A DNA stretch of 63,622 bases, counting the filler, from Phoronis australis (taxonomy: Eukaryota > Animalia > Phoronida), in the NCBI GenBank assembly GCA_002633005.1. It is 9 parts of 9 records of this genome, joined end to end, with 100 filler letters (N's around TTAATTAATTAA, not from the genome) between each part and the next. Parts side by side here need not be neighbours in the genome. Positions count along the whole stretch, not along the records: positions 28,491 to 48,330 come from NMRA01000549.1; positions 48,431 to 54,402 come from NMRA01002247.1; 7 more parts are not named here. One strand, given 5' to 3'. The notes beneath the pieces are model-generated. The model ran no database searches, was not told the origin of the DNA, and was given only the letters and a program-made list of their open reading frames with translations. This document shows positions 37,501-50,790 of the stretch, in pieces. The first letter of the stretch is position 1. Each line of letters begins with the position of its first letter. The translations under genes were made by a program, and so were the position numbers.

Positions 37501-39734
37501 TGTTTGACATAAGTTTTCTCTTAATTTTGACTTACTTACCGAATGTGGAAACTTCAAAGTTTAGAAGTTAATACAAATATTAAACTTAAGTCAAAAAAGA
37601 ACTAGAGTCAGTTTCTGTTGCATAGTTGTCACGGTCAACATTCAAGGAAGAAAAACAAAAGAACTGGGACATCTGTTTCTAAGCCAAAACATAAGGAAGA
37701 AATATTATCAAGGACAAAACACGTATCGATAGCGTTATCTGGAGACGCCACACTCAAAAATGCCCAGCGTTTTTTGTTGTATGTACAGTGGATTGGGAAG
37801 CTGAAAGCTCAGCATGAAATGTCACGTTCTTTTCTTTTTAGACGAGCGGGAAAATATGGCTATGTCACGTGGACAACGTCAGTTTGGCCGTGCTTCAAAA
37901 TGCAGTCCACCAAGAGTGGGCAATTGGCAAATACACTGGACGCTGTAAGCAACACGAAGTATTGGATCGGGTTTTTTAAAAGGTAGACTCATCATTTTTT
38001 AAAATTTTATTTCCGAGGTATACGTAAGTACTACAGATAGGCCTAGCAGTAAGGTTACCTCTCAAAAATGGAATTAGCAAAAAACGGCATCGGGGCAACA
38101 GGTAAACACTGCACAAACGACTTATAGAAACAATTGAAAACAGTGATAATGTACACACACACACGCACGCACGGAGGCACGCATACCCGCACACCCACCC
38201 ACTTAGCTAAGCAATTATGAGTAATTTTTAGGGCCAAAACTTCTTATTTAGACCCAATATAACATCTTTCGTAAAATACTTTAATATGATTAAACATCCA
38301 AAATGCCTTGCCGAGAAGCTCCTGGCGTGATAGTTTGTCGAAAGTGGTTTTGCGACTGGAGCTGAAAAGATATCAGAGGCCAAAGTACTCCCGGTATCCA
38401 CCCAAAGCCACGGATAGGTGGTTATAAAGATTTAGCAGTGAAATTGCAGGCTTTGTTGACTAATGTTACCGAGAAATGGCTGATTGTATAGATCAATAGA
38501 GTCTCGTTTGATGAACAATTATAGCAAAATGAAAACGGAGTATTGATTTAATAACTACAACGCTCGATCAAAACTCGGTCGATCAAGCAACCGGAACTAT
38601 TCTCAATGTATTCTCTGAAGGCTATTCTTGGGAACGCAAGCTTTGCATAGGTCACGTGACGGAGATGGCATTCCTGGGCTGGAGTTCTATGGCTACACCT
38701 AACACTCGTTTACAAAATGCACGGCAATGTAGACGTTTTTAAGCCAACCATACGTAATTTTTTGTACTCCCCCTATTTTGTCCACATCATAGTGCACCGA
38801 ATCACTTTATCATCCACGGGTTAATATTAATAGTTAATGAGATTAAAAAGGCCAGTATTCAGTCATTTCTGTAAGACAGATTTTTACGTCTTAGCCGTTT
38901 AATCGGCGATATTTACGTACGTCCCAATGAAATGAATGTTTAGGTTTTTCAAGATTGGTTTTAGAATCATCGTTTTGTAACAAATTGGATGTTGAAGTTC
39001 GATATCCAGTTTTTCAATATTTTAATAAAAACGTTTAACGTTTTAAGCCATTATCTTTTTAAAGAGAAAAAGTGCGCTAAACTCTTAATTCATATCTGCC
39101 GCCCAGCTGTCTATAAGAAGAGTTCCCTTCTCCAGATAATCTAGAACCGGAAATTTGAAGCACGGGCTCCCACTCTGAAATTGAACTTCAAAAGTTTGGT
39201 TCCTTGATATTTAAAAGTTCCTCAACCACCAAGCGGCTGACATGTTTGACCTAACTTTAATGTATAAANNNNNNNNNNNNNNNNNNNNNNNNNNNNNNNN
39301 NNNNNNNNNNNNNNNNNNNNNNNNNNNNNNNNNNNNNNNNNNNNNNNNNNNNNNNNNNNNNNNNNNNNNNNNNNNNNNNNNNNNNNNNNNNNNNNNNNNN
39401 NNNNNNNNNNNNNNNNNNNNNNNNNNNNNNNNNNNNNNNNNNNNNNNNNNNNNNNNNNNNNNNNNNNNNNNNNNNNNNNNNNNNNNNNNNNNNNNNNNNN
39501 NNNNNNNNNNNNNNNNNNNNNNNNNNNNNNNNNNNNNNNNNNNNNNNNNNNNNNNNNNNNNNNNNNNNNNNNNNNNNNNNNNNNNNNNNNNNNNNNNNNN
39601 NNNNNNNNNNNNNNNNNNNNNNNNNNNNNNNNNNNNNNNNNNNNNNNNNNNNNNNNNNNNNNNNNNNNNNNNNNNNNNNNNNNNNNNNNNNNNNNNNNNN
39701 NNNNNNNNNNNNNNNNNNNNNNNNNNNNNNNNNN

Positions 39735-39923
39735 GGGGGGGGGGGGGCTATAGCGGTGGCACTGCGGAAGTTTTGTACATGTTAAAATTTTGCGACGTGC
39801 AAGCGCGAAGGTCCGCGCGTTGACTGTTTTCCTCCGTGCTACGGCGATCATGGCGGTGCCACTGCGGGTTATTTCGTACAAGCACCGCAGTTGCACAGCA
39901 CCTCCGGTGTGACGGGGGTATTA
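39735..39923. mobile_element. Right arm of a putative PIF/Harbinger-type MITE
   Basis: GC-rich block ending GTGTGACGGGGGTA|TTA (TWA-type target); the left arm would be in the N gap. Confidence 0.4.
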
Positions 39924-40330
39924 CTACAATAAACAAAAAACATGAATGAAAATGATGACCTATTCACTTCCCACACTTTTTATTAATTTATTTCCAGATA
40001 AGATCGATAATGGTTAAAAAACCAACATTAAGCATAACACGAGTTCATTGCATTCAAAATGGAGGTGACTTGTCTAAGATTCTAGCAAATAATCTGGTTT
40101 TGCGATGTATACAAAGGGACAGTGCTACGTGTGGATAGCAAATAATTTTGTTTTGTGATATTTTGTTTTGTGATATTTACAAAGGGACAGTGCCGAGTGT
40201 TAATATTCATTGTTCAGTACGTGTATGCTTGTGTCCTTGGAGATAAAAACAACAACACATTTTAGTTTTTTCTAATATCTTATTCTTAAAAATCATCAGT
40301 TTCCGTGGAATGGTACGCTGCTTTTAACTA

Positions 40331-41518
40331 CAGAGTGTTCAATTGAGACAGGACCCCCGGTGTAAACCAGACATCCCGGTGTCGAAAACAAATTCCTGCA
40401 CCTTCAAACCAGCTAACCAGACCGAAAAATACGAACCCCTATCCTTAAACAGGAATCCCAGGGGTCCGAAAAGGAAACACGCTCAATTTTTAAATTTTCG
40501 AAGACTCTACAAGTATTTTCCAGTTTTCGGCATTTGTTTGTTGAAAATTGTCAATAATAAAACGTAATTTATGTTATACTGAGTTCGATATTTGATTTTT
40601 ATGGATAAAACTCGGGCAACCTGTCTGTGGGCGACTCTCAACATAATCTTTACTCTCAACACGTTGTTATCGCGGTGAATATTTAGTTAATTTCATCTTA
40701 TTCGATAGTTTCTCCAAAATATTTTCAATTATGAAAAGCAAAAACATTATTTGTACTTTTGAGTGCCACAGTTGATTAATGCCATTATATATCTTTGCAA
40801 AACGGACGGCGTTTTAGTGTATGTTGATATACTTCTCGAGAGTACATTAAATCATTTTCCGGAATTTGAAATGGATTGCGAGAATTATTCACTCAAAATA
40901 CATGCACCGTCACCGTTCTTCTACACGTCATCCTACATTAAAACGGAAATTGGAATTTCTGAATTCAACGCAGCATCCACACTCTGCTTTTTGGTGGATA
41001 ACTGCAGCGAATTTGTTTTGAAATTCAGTTTGCTGGTATTAAAATACTAAAAACTTGTAACCAAATGAAAGCACTTCGGATAATTTGTTGTTATGACGTG
41101 TACGTAACCTAGGCGTGGAAGAAGAAAAGTTGATTGAAAATGGGAAAAAAGACACTGGCCAAAAAGGTTACGTAATAGTTCATGGTGCCGAAAGGCGACG
41201 CAAAAATCGCATCACAACTTTAGCAGTAGAATAACAGCTGTAAAACGCCAACCAGTCATGAGTTGCCATAGTAAAACAACATACCACAACAACTGTTTGT
41301 TGAAAAAAAGAAGAGTTATCATCATGTGAAATTGAAACGTATCATATGAACAGAAAGTGGAGTGGTGTTTCGTATCCTGTTCGACACCGGAATTCCTGTT
41401 TTAAAAGCTGTGTTTCGTGTTTTTCGGGTTGGTAAGCTGTTTTGAAGGTGTGGGATTCTGCTTTCGCCTCTGGGACATCTGTTTAATAACAGGGTTTCTG
41501 TTTCGGTGAAACACTCTG
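40331..41518. mobile_element. ~1.19-kb non-autonomous element with ~150-bp imperfect TIRs
   Basis: CAGAGTGTT (40331) / AACACTCTG (41518); CACCTTCAAACCAGC...CCGAAAAATACGAA...AAACAGGAAT mirrored at 41365-41500. Confidence 0.7.
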
Positions 41519-42714
41519 AAATAGCACTCACATCTAAATAATCTTACAGTTGAATAAAATTGGAATTTTGTGATAAAAATTTTATCAGACAAATCTATTT
41601 TATGGAATACCCCACATCAATTTCAAATATTAAACCTTGTGTTACAACATACTATTACGTACTCAAAGAGGCTTTATCGTTTTGCGGCCAAACTTAAGTT
41701 GGAGATTGCAGTTGAACAGTATAGACGACAGTTTTGACAAGAACCAGGAAACAACAAAATTCATTGCGTTTTGTGATATTATTACAAGGCCACCTTCTTC
41801 ACTATTTTAAATGGTTGTACAATTTATGCGCACTAAAACACACGTCTGAAAATATACAACGCCTAGGATTTGGCTGAGCGATAGACTCAGTAGTGTTCGG
41901 CTACGTTTGCGAAGGTAGGCCTTACATGTATCGTGTCCTATTCCGCACTCATCCGAGTTAATTTCTTTAAAATTACTTTTCTCACAGAGAATGTCCCTAC
42001 TTGTTGTGTTACTGTGGACGTAATCATTGGTTGGCCATGTATAGTATTGTTTGGATAGTAGTGTGCATTTGTAATTACTCCCGTACGTAGTACTCAGACT
42101 ACTTCTTTGGTCACGTGACATTGACTTTTAAATGCGTTTTCCCGCAGTCTAGGCATTTGTTATCGATGAGCAGCTCACAATACAGGTGTGTTGGTCATTA
42201 GCTGATTTTGAATGTAACGATGTTTTTACGATTGCAATTTTTTGTGCTCAACTTCGGAAGTGCCGCACGAAAGCAATAAACATAAACCGCCGTAAACTCG
42301 TTATAATTTATGCTCCTGCAATGTGCCATAACACAACCAACGTATTTTTCAATTGGACAACGAACTGACATCTTTGCATGTTACGTTTACAAAGATCGAT
42401 TCCTGGCCCCTGGGTCCAATATCCTGCGAGTATAAATGTCTAGGTTTTACTCTATACATGTCAAGCACTCGTCAGTTTTCGAGTCGAGCTCCAAGTACAC
42501 TAGCCTCGTTTACCGAAGGACTGAAATATTTTTCCTCGACCATCTAATGTTTAAATTTTTGCAAGTAAATTGAACTCTTCAAAACAGGTAAATTTGTACG
42601 CGCATCAAATGCTCTGTTGAAGTTCAAGGACTTTATTCATTTGCCAAATTTGACTTTGATCTGGGAGCAAACACATATCGATCTTTGTATAATTCAAGCA
42701 TCCAAGACTGTTTT

Positions 42715-44792
42715 CTTTATCACGGTGTGGGGAACCTGCACTACGTGTTTGGACTGGTCATGAGGAGTACGGCGTAGTCATGAGCAATTTGATGTAGGAA
42801 TACAACACCAATCGAACAAAATTGATTTTAAAATGTAGAAAACGGTTAGAAAATTTAATTAGACACAATTCTGCCCAATTTCTTAAGAGTCGTGGCAAGC
42901 TCGTTAGTGTGACCAGCAACGACGGCCTAGTGCTACTCGGTAGTCGTCTGGTGCTGTTAAAAAATCAGAAATATCGTTGAAAGTTTGCTATAAATTGGTG
43001 CATTATGTCGTTAGTTTAATACATTTCAGATTGGAAGTAATATTTTATAGTGATGTACACGTGCTGCAATCGTTTCAGCTAAAAGTGTGTATGGAAAATG
43101 CGATTTGGGCAAACAAACGACCGTACGGACTAGCCCGAGTCAACTGTACGGACTCGTCACGAGTAGACCTTTGAAATCTGCGCGAACAAGCCAGTGAGCA
43201 GGTTAAGAATTAGTCAAATTTTAACCCAAATAGACCGTTTAACTTGATAATTACCAATAGCTTTCAAAGAGTATAGTCGCATACTAGGTTACTTGAGAAA
43301 GATTGGTTGTATTTGCAAATGGTGTGTAAAGTGATAACACAGACAAGAAGTGTTAGGCCATTGTGGTTGGCCATTTGGGCAGAGTGAAATCGCTGTAAAT
43401 GCATTTTACACTTTTTCCGATCAACCAACTGACTTCAAGTGCTGTTACTGCTGTGTTGACACAGATCATTTTGTTGAAGTAATTGGCCACGGTATCGCAG
43501 ATCACGGCGATCAAGTACAAAGGATTTGATATCTAACATTGCATGAACACAGCGGTTTGGGATGTTTCAACGTAAAAAATATAGGCGCATACATGTACCA
43601 TGCGCGCAGCCAGACAAAAAAATGGGGGTGCTAGAATTTCAGAAAATATGTACATTTTACTAAGATTCACGGGGTACGTTCAGAGCTATGAATTGTGCAT
43701 TAGCCAAATTTTGGTAGTTACTGCCTCTTGTCTCGACTTTTACTTTTTCGGAGTTTTTGTTTCTCAGAGACCGATATAAACTTTTACACGGAAAATTTTT
43801 GAGATTCACCCCATCCATGCGTTTGTAATTGAAAGAATTAATACACAAAATGTGTGTCATTTTGTCACTGAGGTTTAGTTCCACTCAGAAAGGACGTGAA
43901 CTGGCGTTGGAGAAGTTCAAAGAAATGAGGAGTCCTACATTCCAAATGTGAAAATCGGTGTAACGAGTCTTCCTCGTACCGTGCGGTCTGTCGTATATGA
44001 CTTTTAAATAGTTCCTCCAGTTTGAAGTCTTTGCAACAGTCGGCCAATTTTGAAGTTCATTGTTGGGCAATTTACGTGGTTTACGCCGTAGAAACCAACA
44101 AAACTAATTTACTTCTAGGAGCTATAGTCTGTGCAGTAAATCGGACAGCAAGTTTTTAGCCGGGAATCCGATTGCAGAGTCATTTGACATTGTTTATCAG
44201 GATACTGGTTTATATTTATAGAATTGAGTTACTTTCTGCAGGTATTGATGCATAATTAGACCACAACAATAGGTTGAAAACACAACCGGCTCAATGCGAA
44301 ACCGTACAGTTGCTCATGACGAGTTCGGACAGTCACTGTACGCGAAACTCGAGTATGATGAGTCCGTACAAATATTTTGAGAATAGGTGTCATAAAATGC
44401 CACATAACTTTAGCTACAAATTACAAATATCAACCATATTTCTCATGCGCGTTTTCTATAGTTACATAGGTCGTGCTCAAACGCAAAAAATATAAACAAC
44501 AACAAATGTAAAAAAAATGACACTTGAGTTTTATCGTTTTGTAAACAACCAGTGAAATCTCTTTAGCATAGTCAGTATAAGGGACCGTCCCTACAAATGT
44601 AATTAAGGTCACATTCAACGATTACTCTTCCACTGAGTGCATTCCAGCAGTTGCAAAAAGTAACGTGTAACAAGGTAAACGATCTCATGAAGTGCGCCTT
44701 GTTCGGGAATTTTTACCAGTTTTGCTCACGAATACGCGGTACTCCTCATGACCAGTCCAAACGCGTAATACAGGACCCCACACCGTGTTTAT
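42715..44792. mobile_element. Large foldback-like element with patchy inverted arms and a nested MITE A
   Basis: CACGGTGTGGGG...TTTGGACTGGTCATGAGGAGTAC at 42721-42770 is the reverse complement of 44739-44787; GTACGGACTC(G/A)TCA motifs mirrored at ~43120-43165 and ~44310-44370. True ends not defined. Confidence 0.55.
43599..43765 (-). mobile_element. MITE family A, copy 2 (partial)
   Basis: CATGCGCGCAGCCAG...AAATGGGGGTGCT...GGTACGTTCAGAGCTATG is the reverse complement of copy 1. Confidence 0.7.
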
Positions 44793-47584
44793 ATTGCTTT
44801 GGGTTAAGAAGATTTTTCATGTCCACGGGCTTGAACATTACGTCAAAAACATGATTGAATATCAAAGATTTTTATTAGTGAATTTGCTTCACCTTGCAAC
44901 GTGTCATAGATGGACATTGTATCAGCGGTTTACTCAATACTTTTATGACGAAATTACTACAGTTGAGCTTGCCCAAACTAAATTCTAATCATGTTACACA
45001 ATGACTGCAAGCGAATTGACTGATTTTAAACTTGCAAAATAAGTTTCACGGCAATGCTCTTTCGTGTGCAACAAGTACGTAACTGCTAAATCATGATGAA
45101 CCCAACCCAATTAGTAGGAAAAGTCCGTGAGTATTACTTCGCTAGCTCTTGTTCGCCAAGAGCAAAATGGTCATTGACGTGAACGGTTTTAAGTGCCACT
45201 TACACTGACGATTGGTTTGAGTTACGCCAAAGCTGGTTGTGTTTTCTCTAGCATTTCGTAGACAGACAACATAGTTTACCTCAAAAGACAAACCTGAGCA
45301 GGGGCATTTTTCTTTCCTTGTCCATTTTTACTATTTTTGCCCACACAACACAACACACCGCAACACAACACAATATAGCACGAAACATAATAATAAACTA
45401 AGGTTATGCAAGACCCTATAAAAATGACCAACTTCGGCTAATCTTAGAAAACAATATTTCATAAAAGACTTATTGGATTCATATAACACGTTCATTTCCA
45501 TGTAGTATGCTTTAAGGACTGGCTTCAAAAACTCCGTTAGGACTAGTTTTTTAAATGTTTCACTTTCATATGAGGGATTATCAAAATAAAAATTTTACGA
45601 TTTTCCTAAAAATTCTTTAAATTTTCATAAAACTAAAACGAAATGATATCTTAGAAACCTTTATTAAAAAAGACATGGTCACGTGACCAAATTAATAACA
45701 GATTGGCAAAAAGTCAAGAATCAAATTCTACAGAGTTTCTACTTTCATAAATACTCACTTTTACAGAGTTGAAATATACAGTGTTCTAAATAGTTTGTTA
45801 ACTACACGGACTTGACGATAAAGTCACGTGAGCTGAAATGGACGGCACGTAACAACGGGTTACTGAAACGGACATAAGAATGGATTTAAGGGAGAGTGGA
45901 GTGTCCACTCTGCTTGGCTGTCAATGTTGAAATCTTAAGTGATACACTTTGAGGTTTTTAACTTTGCCTTATTTTCCGAACTTGCCGGCGATGTCAACCT
46001 CAACAAACTCTAAAGCGTTTTTTGAGTCGTTGGTGGCTGCAACCTTCTCGCTGTATAGTTAAAAGAACTCATGCCCCATCACAGTAGCAAACGTTTTGTG
46101 GCCAATTTTACGGGCTTTAAAGTGTCTTAAATCATTTTTTGTTTTTGTCAGCTAATGAATACCGAGAAATGCAGTTTTGAGTAATACTGTGATTTATAAA
46201 AACTTGATATATAATAATAATTATCACTTCTATTAGTACGAAAAGTCATGTAACCTCGATTTTTTGTCTGTCACGTTTCTTGAAATAATAAATTTGTTAA
46301 ATTACAGAAGTATTTTAAACATGACAAATTTTAAAAACTTATATTTTGTAGATTGATTTCTTTGGATTGGTCGTTGAGTTAATATCCTATAAAGAGCTCT
46401 TGGAAATTGGAGGAATTAAAACAAGCTTGACGTAAAAACCAATTTGTAACTTGAAATATTTAAACTTGTGAGATCTTGCGCTTGCTTGGTTGAACGTCAT
46501 ATAAGAATAAAAGTTCAACTATCCTTCCCGATTGCTTCAGTGTCAGCAAGAAGTTACGACTTCTTAGTATTCATGATTAGTGCGAGGTAGCGCGCGGTTT
46601 CAAAATTTGTGCAACGGTGACTATTTGTGCCGCAAGAACATGGAAGTTTAAGAAAACGAATTTCTTTAGGAACAGTACGACCCCTGTTCCTTCTGCAAGC
46701 TCGAATCTGAAACCTTAGAACTTTCCGTTGAAAATAGAAATCCATATGTTCGCAAGAGGTAACCAAATTCCGTGTTACTAAAAGCGGAATTTTACATTTT
46801 GGGAAAATATCCGAACCAGAATATATAGTTTCAAACTCATTCATTCAACGAATCTCTTGAAGAAGACTATAACAAACAATGGGAAATTTTCATCCGTCTT
46901 TTTGGAGATCGTACTGGCTATTTTATGTGTACTTGAATATTTTTTCCTTTTTAGGTTCCACTACACCGTACGCGGTTCTTTTATTGAATAGGAGGAAATA
47001 TTGCGAAACGAAATCAATAAACTTAAAATACCGCCCCTCCGCAGTACGACAGCCGTCATCACAAGATAAGCTTACATGCTAAGTGAAATTCTAACACTAT
47101 TTTTAATCGACCTCGAAGTCATGTCAAACACGATTTTGTCTAGCAACCGCGAAACAGTCAAACCAGTATATCTTATATGCAACCAATGGTTACTGCAGTC
47201 AAAATATGAGATTACAAAAAGAAATTAATAATACTCGTAAACGCTACCTCTTACGTTAGATGAATTTCAATGTACGCAGAGTCCCTTAAGTCACAGAACA
47301 ATCTTCTACAAAATCATGAAACTTCAAATCATGGCAGTGTTACAAGTTTATTAAAATAAACAACTTAAACACTTGTCACCGGTTGGAACTAACTACCACC
47401 AAACATTTAACTAATAGTTTATGATTCATTCTATATATATTACAACGCAAAGATAACGTTTAAACATATACAGATCAAAGTGCGCAGACGTAATATATTC
47501 TAATTACAAAATATCACTGTACTTATGATACATATTATATCTACACATGGCGCAGAAACACGCGTTGTTCAGTACTACATAACG

Positions 47585-48330
47585 TTATTCCTCCAAGTAC
47601 TGAAATGTCTTCACCACACCTGTAAGATACTCCACTACAGACACCTGACCCGGGGCCGGGAGACATAAACCAGTTGGAGACAGGACACCACCAGGGGGCA
47701 CGATCACGTGTGCACGTGCGTTGTTGTATAAAATCACCTGATGATTGTGATGGTCTGCCACCAGAATGTGACCGTGTGGGTCTACACACACACCGCGCGG
47801 CCAGTCACTCAGTTGATGGGTCAGTGTGGATACAACGGCCGGCCGTGTCGGGTCTATTATGTGGACACGACCGGGGAAACACTCACTGACCACCAACTGA
47901 CCACAGTTGTCCATACACACATATTGTGGACTGAACTTACTCAGCCCCAGGGTGGGGCCGTCCAACTGTTGGTGAATATTACAGTTAAGATCCGTTATAA
48001 GTACCCGTCCCCCGTCTCTATCACACACAACCAGTCTGTCACCGTGACATGTCACAAAGCCCCAGTCTTTATACACATCACGACACACCTTCACCACCTC
48101 ACCACGGCCATCATACCTGACAACACCATTAATGCCGCGGTCGGTGATGAAGATGTGACCATCTTTGTGACATGTCACGTCGAACGGACACTGCAGTTTG
48201 TGATGAGTTTGTTGTAACTTCAACTTTAGTTTACAGTTGTGTTTGTCAAACACTTTCACAGTTTTGTTGTCTGCGTCTGTTACAACAAACCCCCCATCAC
48301 AAACTGCCAGTCCACAACACCAAGACCCCC
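47585..48330 (-). CDS. NHL-repeat beta-propeller, terminal exon (TRIM2/3/71-like or NHL-only protein); 5' part lost at the spacer
   Basis: Open frame from the contig edge (WCCGLAVCDGGFVVTDADNKTVKVFD) through blades PFDVTCHKDGHIFITD, PQYVCMDNCGQLVVSE, PRGVCVDPHGHILVADHHNHQV, PTGLC, to TAA. Confidence 0.88.
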
Positions 48331-50553
48331 NNNNNNNNNNNNNNNNNNNNNNNNNNNNNNNNNNNNNNNNNNNNTTAATTAATTAANNNNNNNNNNNNNN
48401 NNNNNNNNNNNNNNNNNNNNNNNNNNNNNNTTCGAACTCTCCCTCAAAAATGTTGGTTGCAGACCTGTGATATGGTAACCGGCCGACTCCCGTACCGGGG
48501 TCACCGGCCAGCCACTGCATTAATGGACTAAAAATTTCAATATGCCGTCAATCGTTGTTGAGAAAATGCTATTTTTAGGAGTAAATGAGGCAGTGAATAA
48601 CAGTTACAGAACACTCAGCATTCCACGATACTCCTGTCATTGTAGCGAGAACTGACGATAATATAGTTGCTAGTCTCGATGCGATAAGAGGGAGCGCTGA
48701 ATCAGCGCTACTTTTCGTGATTTTGAATTTCACACCATAACTGAAGTCGAGTACGATTCTCAGATTTGGTTACGTTTGGAGTCTACTCGAAATGCGACAT
48801 TAAATACTATTTTTTGAGTATGACTCCAGTGAGCACCGGCGATTGTGAGTATGAAATCTCGAGTATGAGTATGAACCTGACGGAGGTTGCAGACTGGGCC
48901 TCGCAGTCACAGTCGACGGAGGTGGGTTGCGGCAACTTTGACTCAATTCATTTCCAAAACATTTCTATAATAAAATACAGTTGCATGTTTCCTGCACTAG
49001 TTATTCGTTTAAAATTAATTTTTGATAAGCATTCAAATAAAATAACTTTATTAACCGCTTCTGGGCTAAACATTCGTTGCAACAACACCCGGCAACACAG
49101 TACACAATCGCTTGTCTTAGTGATAGAAGCATACATGTACATTTCCCACAATGCAACTGCGGCGGCAAAATCAAATATGGCGGATTTGCACATTCGCTAT
49201 TCAGTAAGACAATGCTTAATACACTTTCTATTGAATACGTCACACACTTGCACTTGGCAAAAGAGGGTCACCACTAACACAGTGAACCCAAACTACCAAC
49301 AGAATGAATTAAATTTATAACTCCAACAGTCTGTACTAAACTCTTAACCTCAACAGTCTGAACTAACTCAATTCATAACTATTTCCACTGTCTTAATTTT
49401 CGTACGGAATCTCCCGGACTGGCCCCCAATTTATATGTTACGGTAATATAAACAAACAGAACCACTTTTCAGTTATCCCAATCTAAATTAATTAACATAT
49501 TTACAAACATGATAACAGGTTACGCGAAACTTAGGACGAAGACAGAGTCGAACATCAGCACCAACAGTCCAAAACTTGAAACTTGTGGCATCTTCAGTCT
49601 TCATTACCAAGGCGTCACGCGTTCCGCTGACTCTACCAGTCCACCAAAATAATACAGTCAAGTTCCATACACAAGACGCTGCTGTCTGTGCCGTAGCAAA
49701 TGCTCACCACATAAAGAAATAACATTCAGTATTTAGAAAGTGTAAGATACTTCACGTTTGTTTCCTCCGGGTTGGCTCATGGTCACGTGTATATTCATGA
49801 CTGAAAGGACTGAATGTAATTTGCATATGACCTGACCCTCATTTCAGTATAAGTGTTGTGTGCTGACTCGACTTACTCACATTGTGGCAGTGCATATTTG
49901 GCGTCAGTGAGGAGAGCCAGGGAGCGGCAGTATTGAGGTATTTTTCATGGTACTTTCGTATTTGGTATTGCCGAATTTGCATTTTGTCTGTATCTGTGAG
50001 GTTTGCTATGCATTTTGTTTTTTTATTTTTAGAACTGAAACAGAGAAGAACTGTGAAAATGTCAATGAGGAATGTTTCACGTCTCTCAATAAAGCACTTT
50101 TAAAAGATGTAACTCCTCTTGACTTGCCAAACACTCACAGAAAGTATGAAGAAAACAAAGTCCAGCCTCAGTGTTCGGATGAAGCATGACACACGTCTAC
50201 TCACCATCGGCGAAAAACTTTTCGATACAACTCAAAACTGCCCCCTAGGGGGAATACCTAACATACCTAATTGGCAACAACAGACAAATTCATAAATGAC
50301 GTCATGGCTTGTCCCACACCGATTTCCGAAGAGTTTTACAAAAAAGTGTAACTCCCCTCATGCATGCGGAGGCAAAGATTCCGCCGGTCATAAACTGGTT
50401 CTAGAACTCAATCCCGTATTCCTGTCGCCAGGAGTTTGACTGACGACTTAAATGACCAATCAGAAAGCAGCATTCTTGAGACATCTTCGTCTACGTTTCC
50501 AAGCCGCCATTTTACCCCGCAGACAATACATTGTCGGGTAAAGTTATTTTACT

Positions 50554-50790
50554 GGAGGAGGCAGTGTCGCCTAGTGTGATAGGTGCACGCTTTATTTACT
50601 TGAGGTCCTGGGCTCGAGCCCCACTGGGTAACTGTTAAACCCTTGAGTCAGGTTTCTAGCGCCTTAGCTTGATTTTAACTATACATGTACAAGTACATTA
50701 ATAAAACATAAAAATGATTCCGGTGATCAGTTCATTAGGCCCACATGCACGGCCTGTACATGTCTGGTACAACGCGAATCAGAACGCTTA
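50554..50790 (+). mobile_element. tRNA-derived SINE family B, copy 2
   Basis: GAGGCAGTGTCGCCTAG, GGCTCGAGCCCC, CTTGAGTCAGGTTTCTAGC, GGCCCACATGC...TCTGGTAC. Confidence 0.8.

Noticed and set aside
39222-39896. Long ORFs spanning N runs (also 2299-2946)
   Set aside because: Artefacts of translating through gaps.
47741-48217. 158-aa plus-strand ORF
   Set aside because: Antisense shadow of the NHL coding frame.
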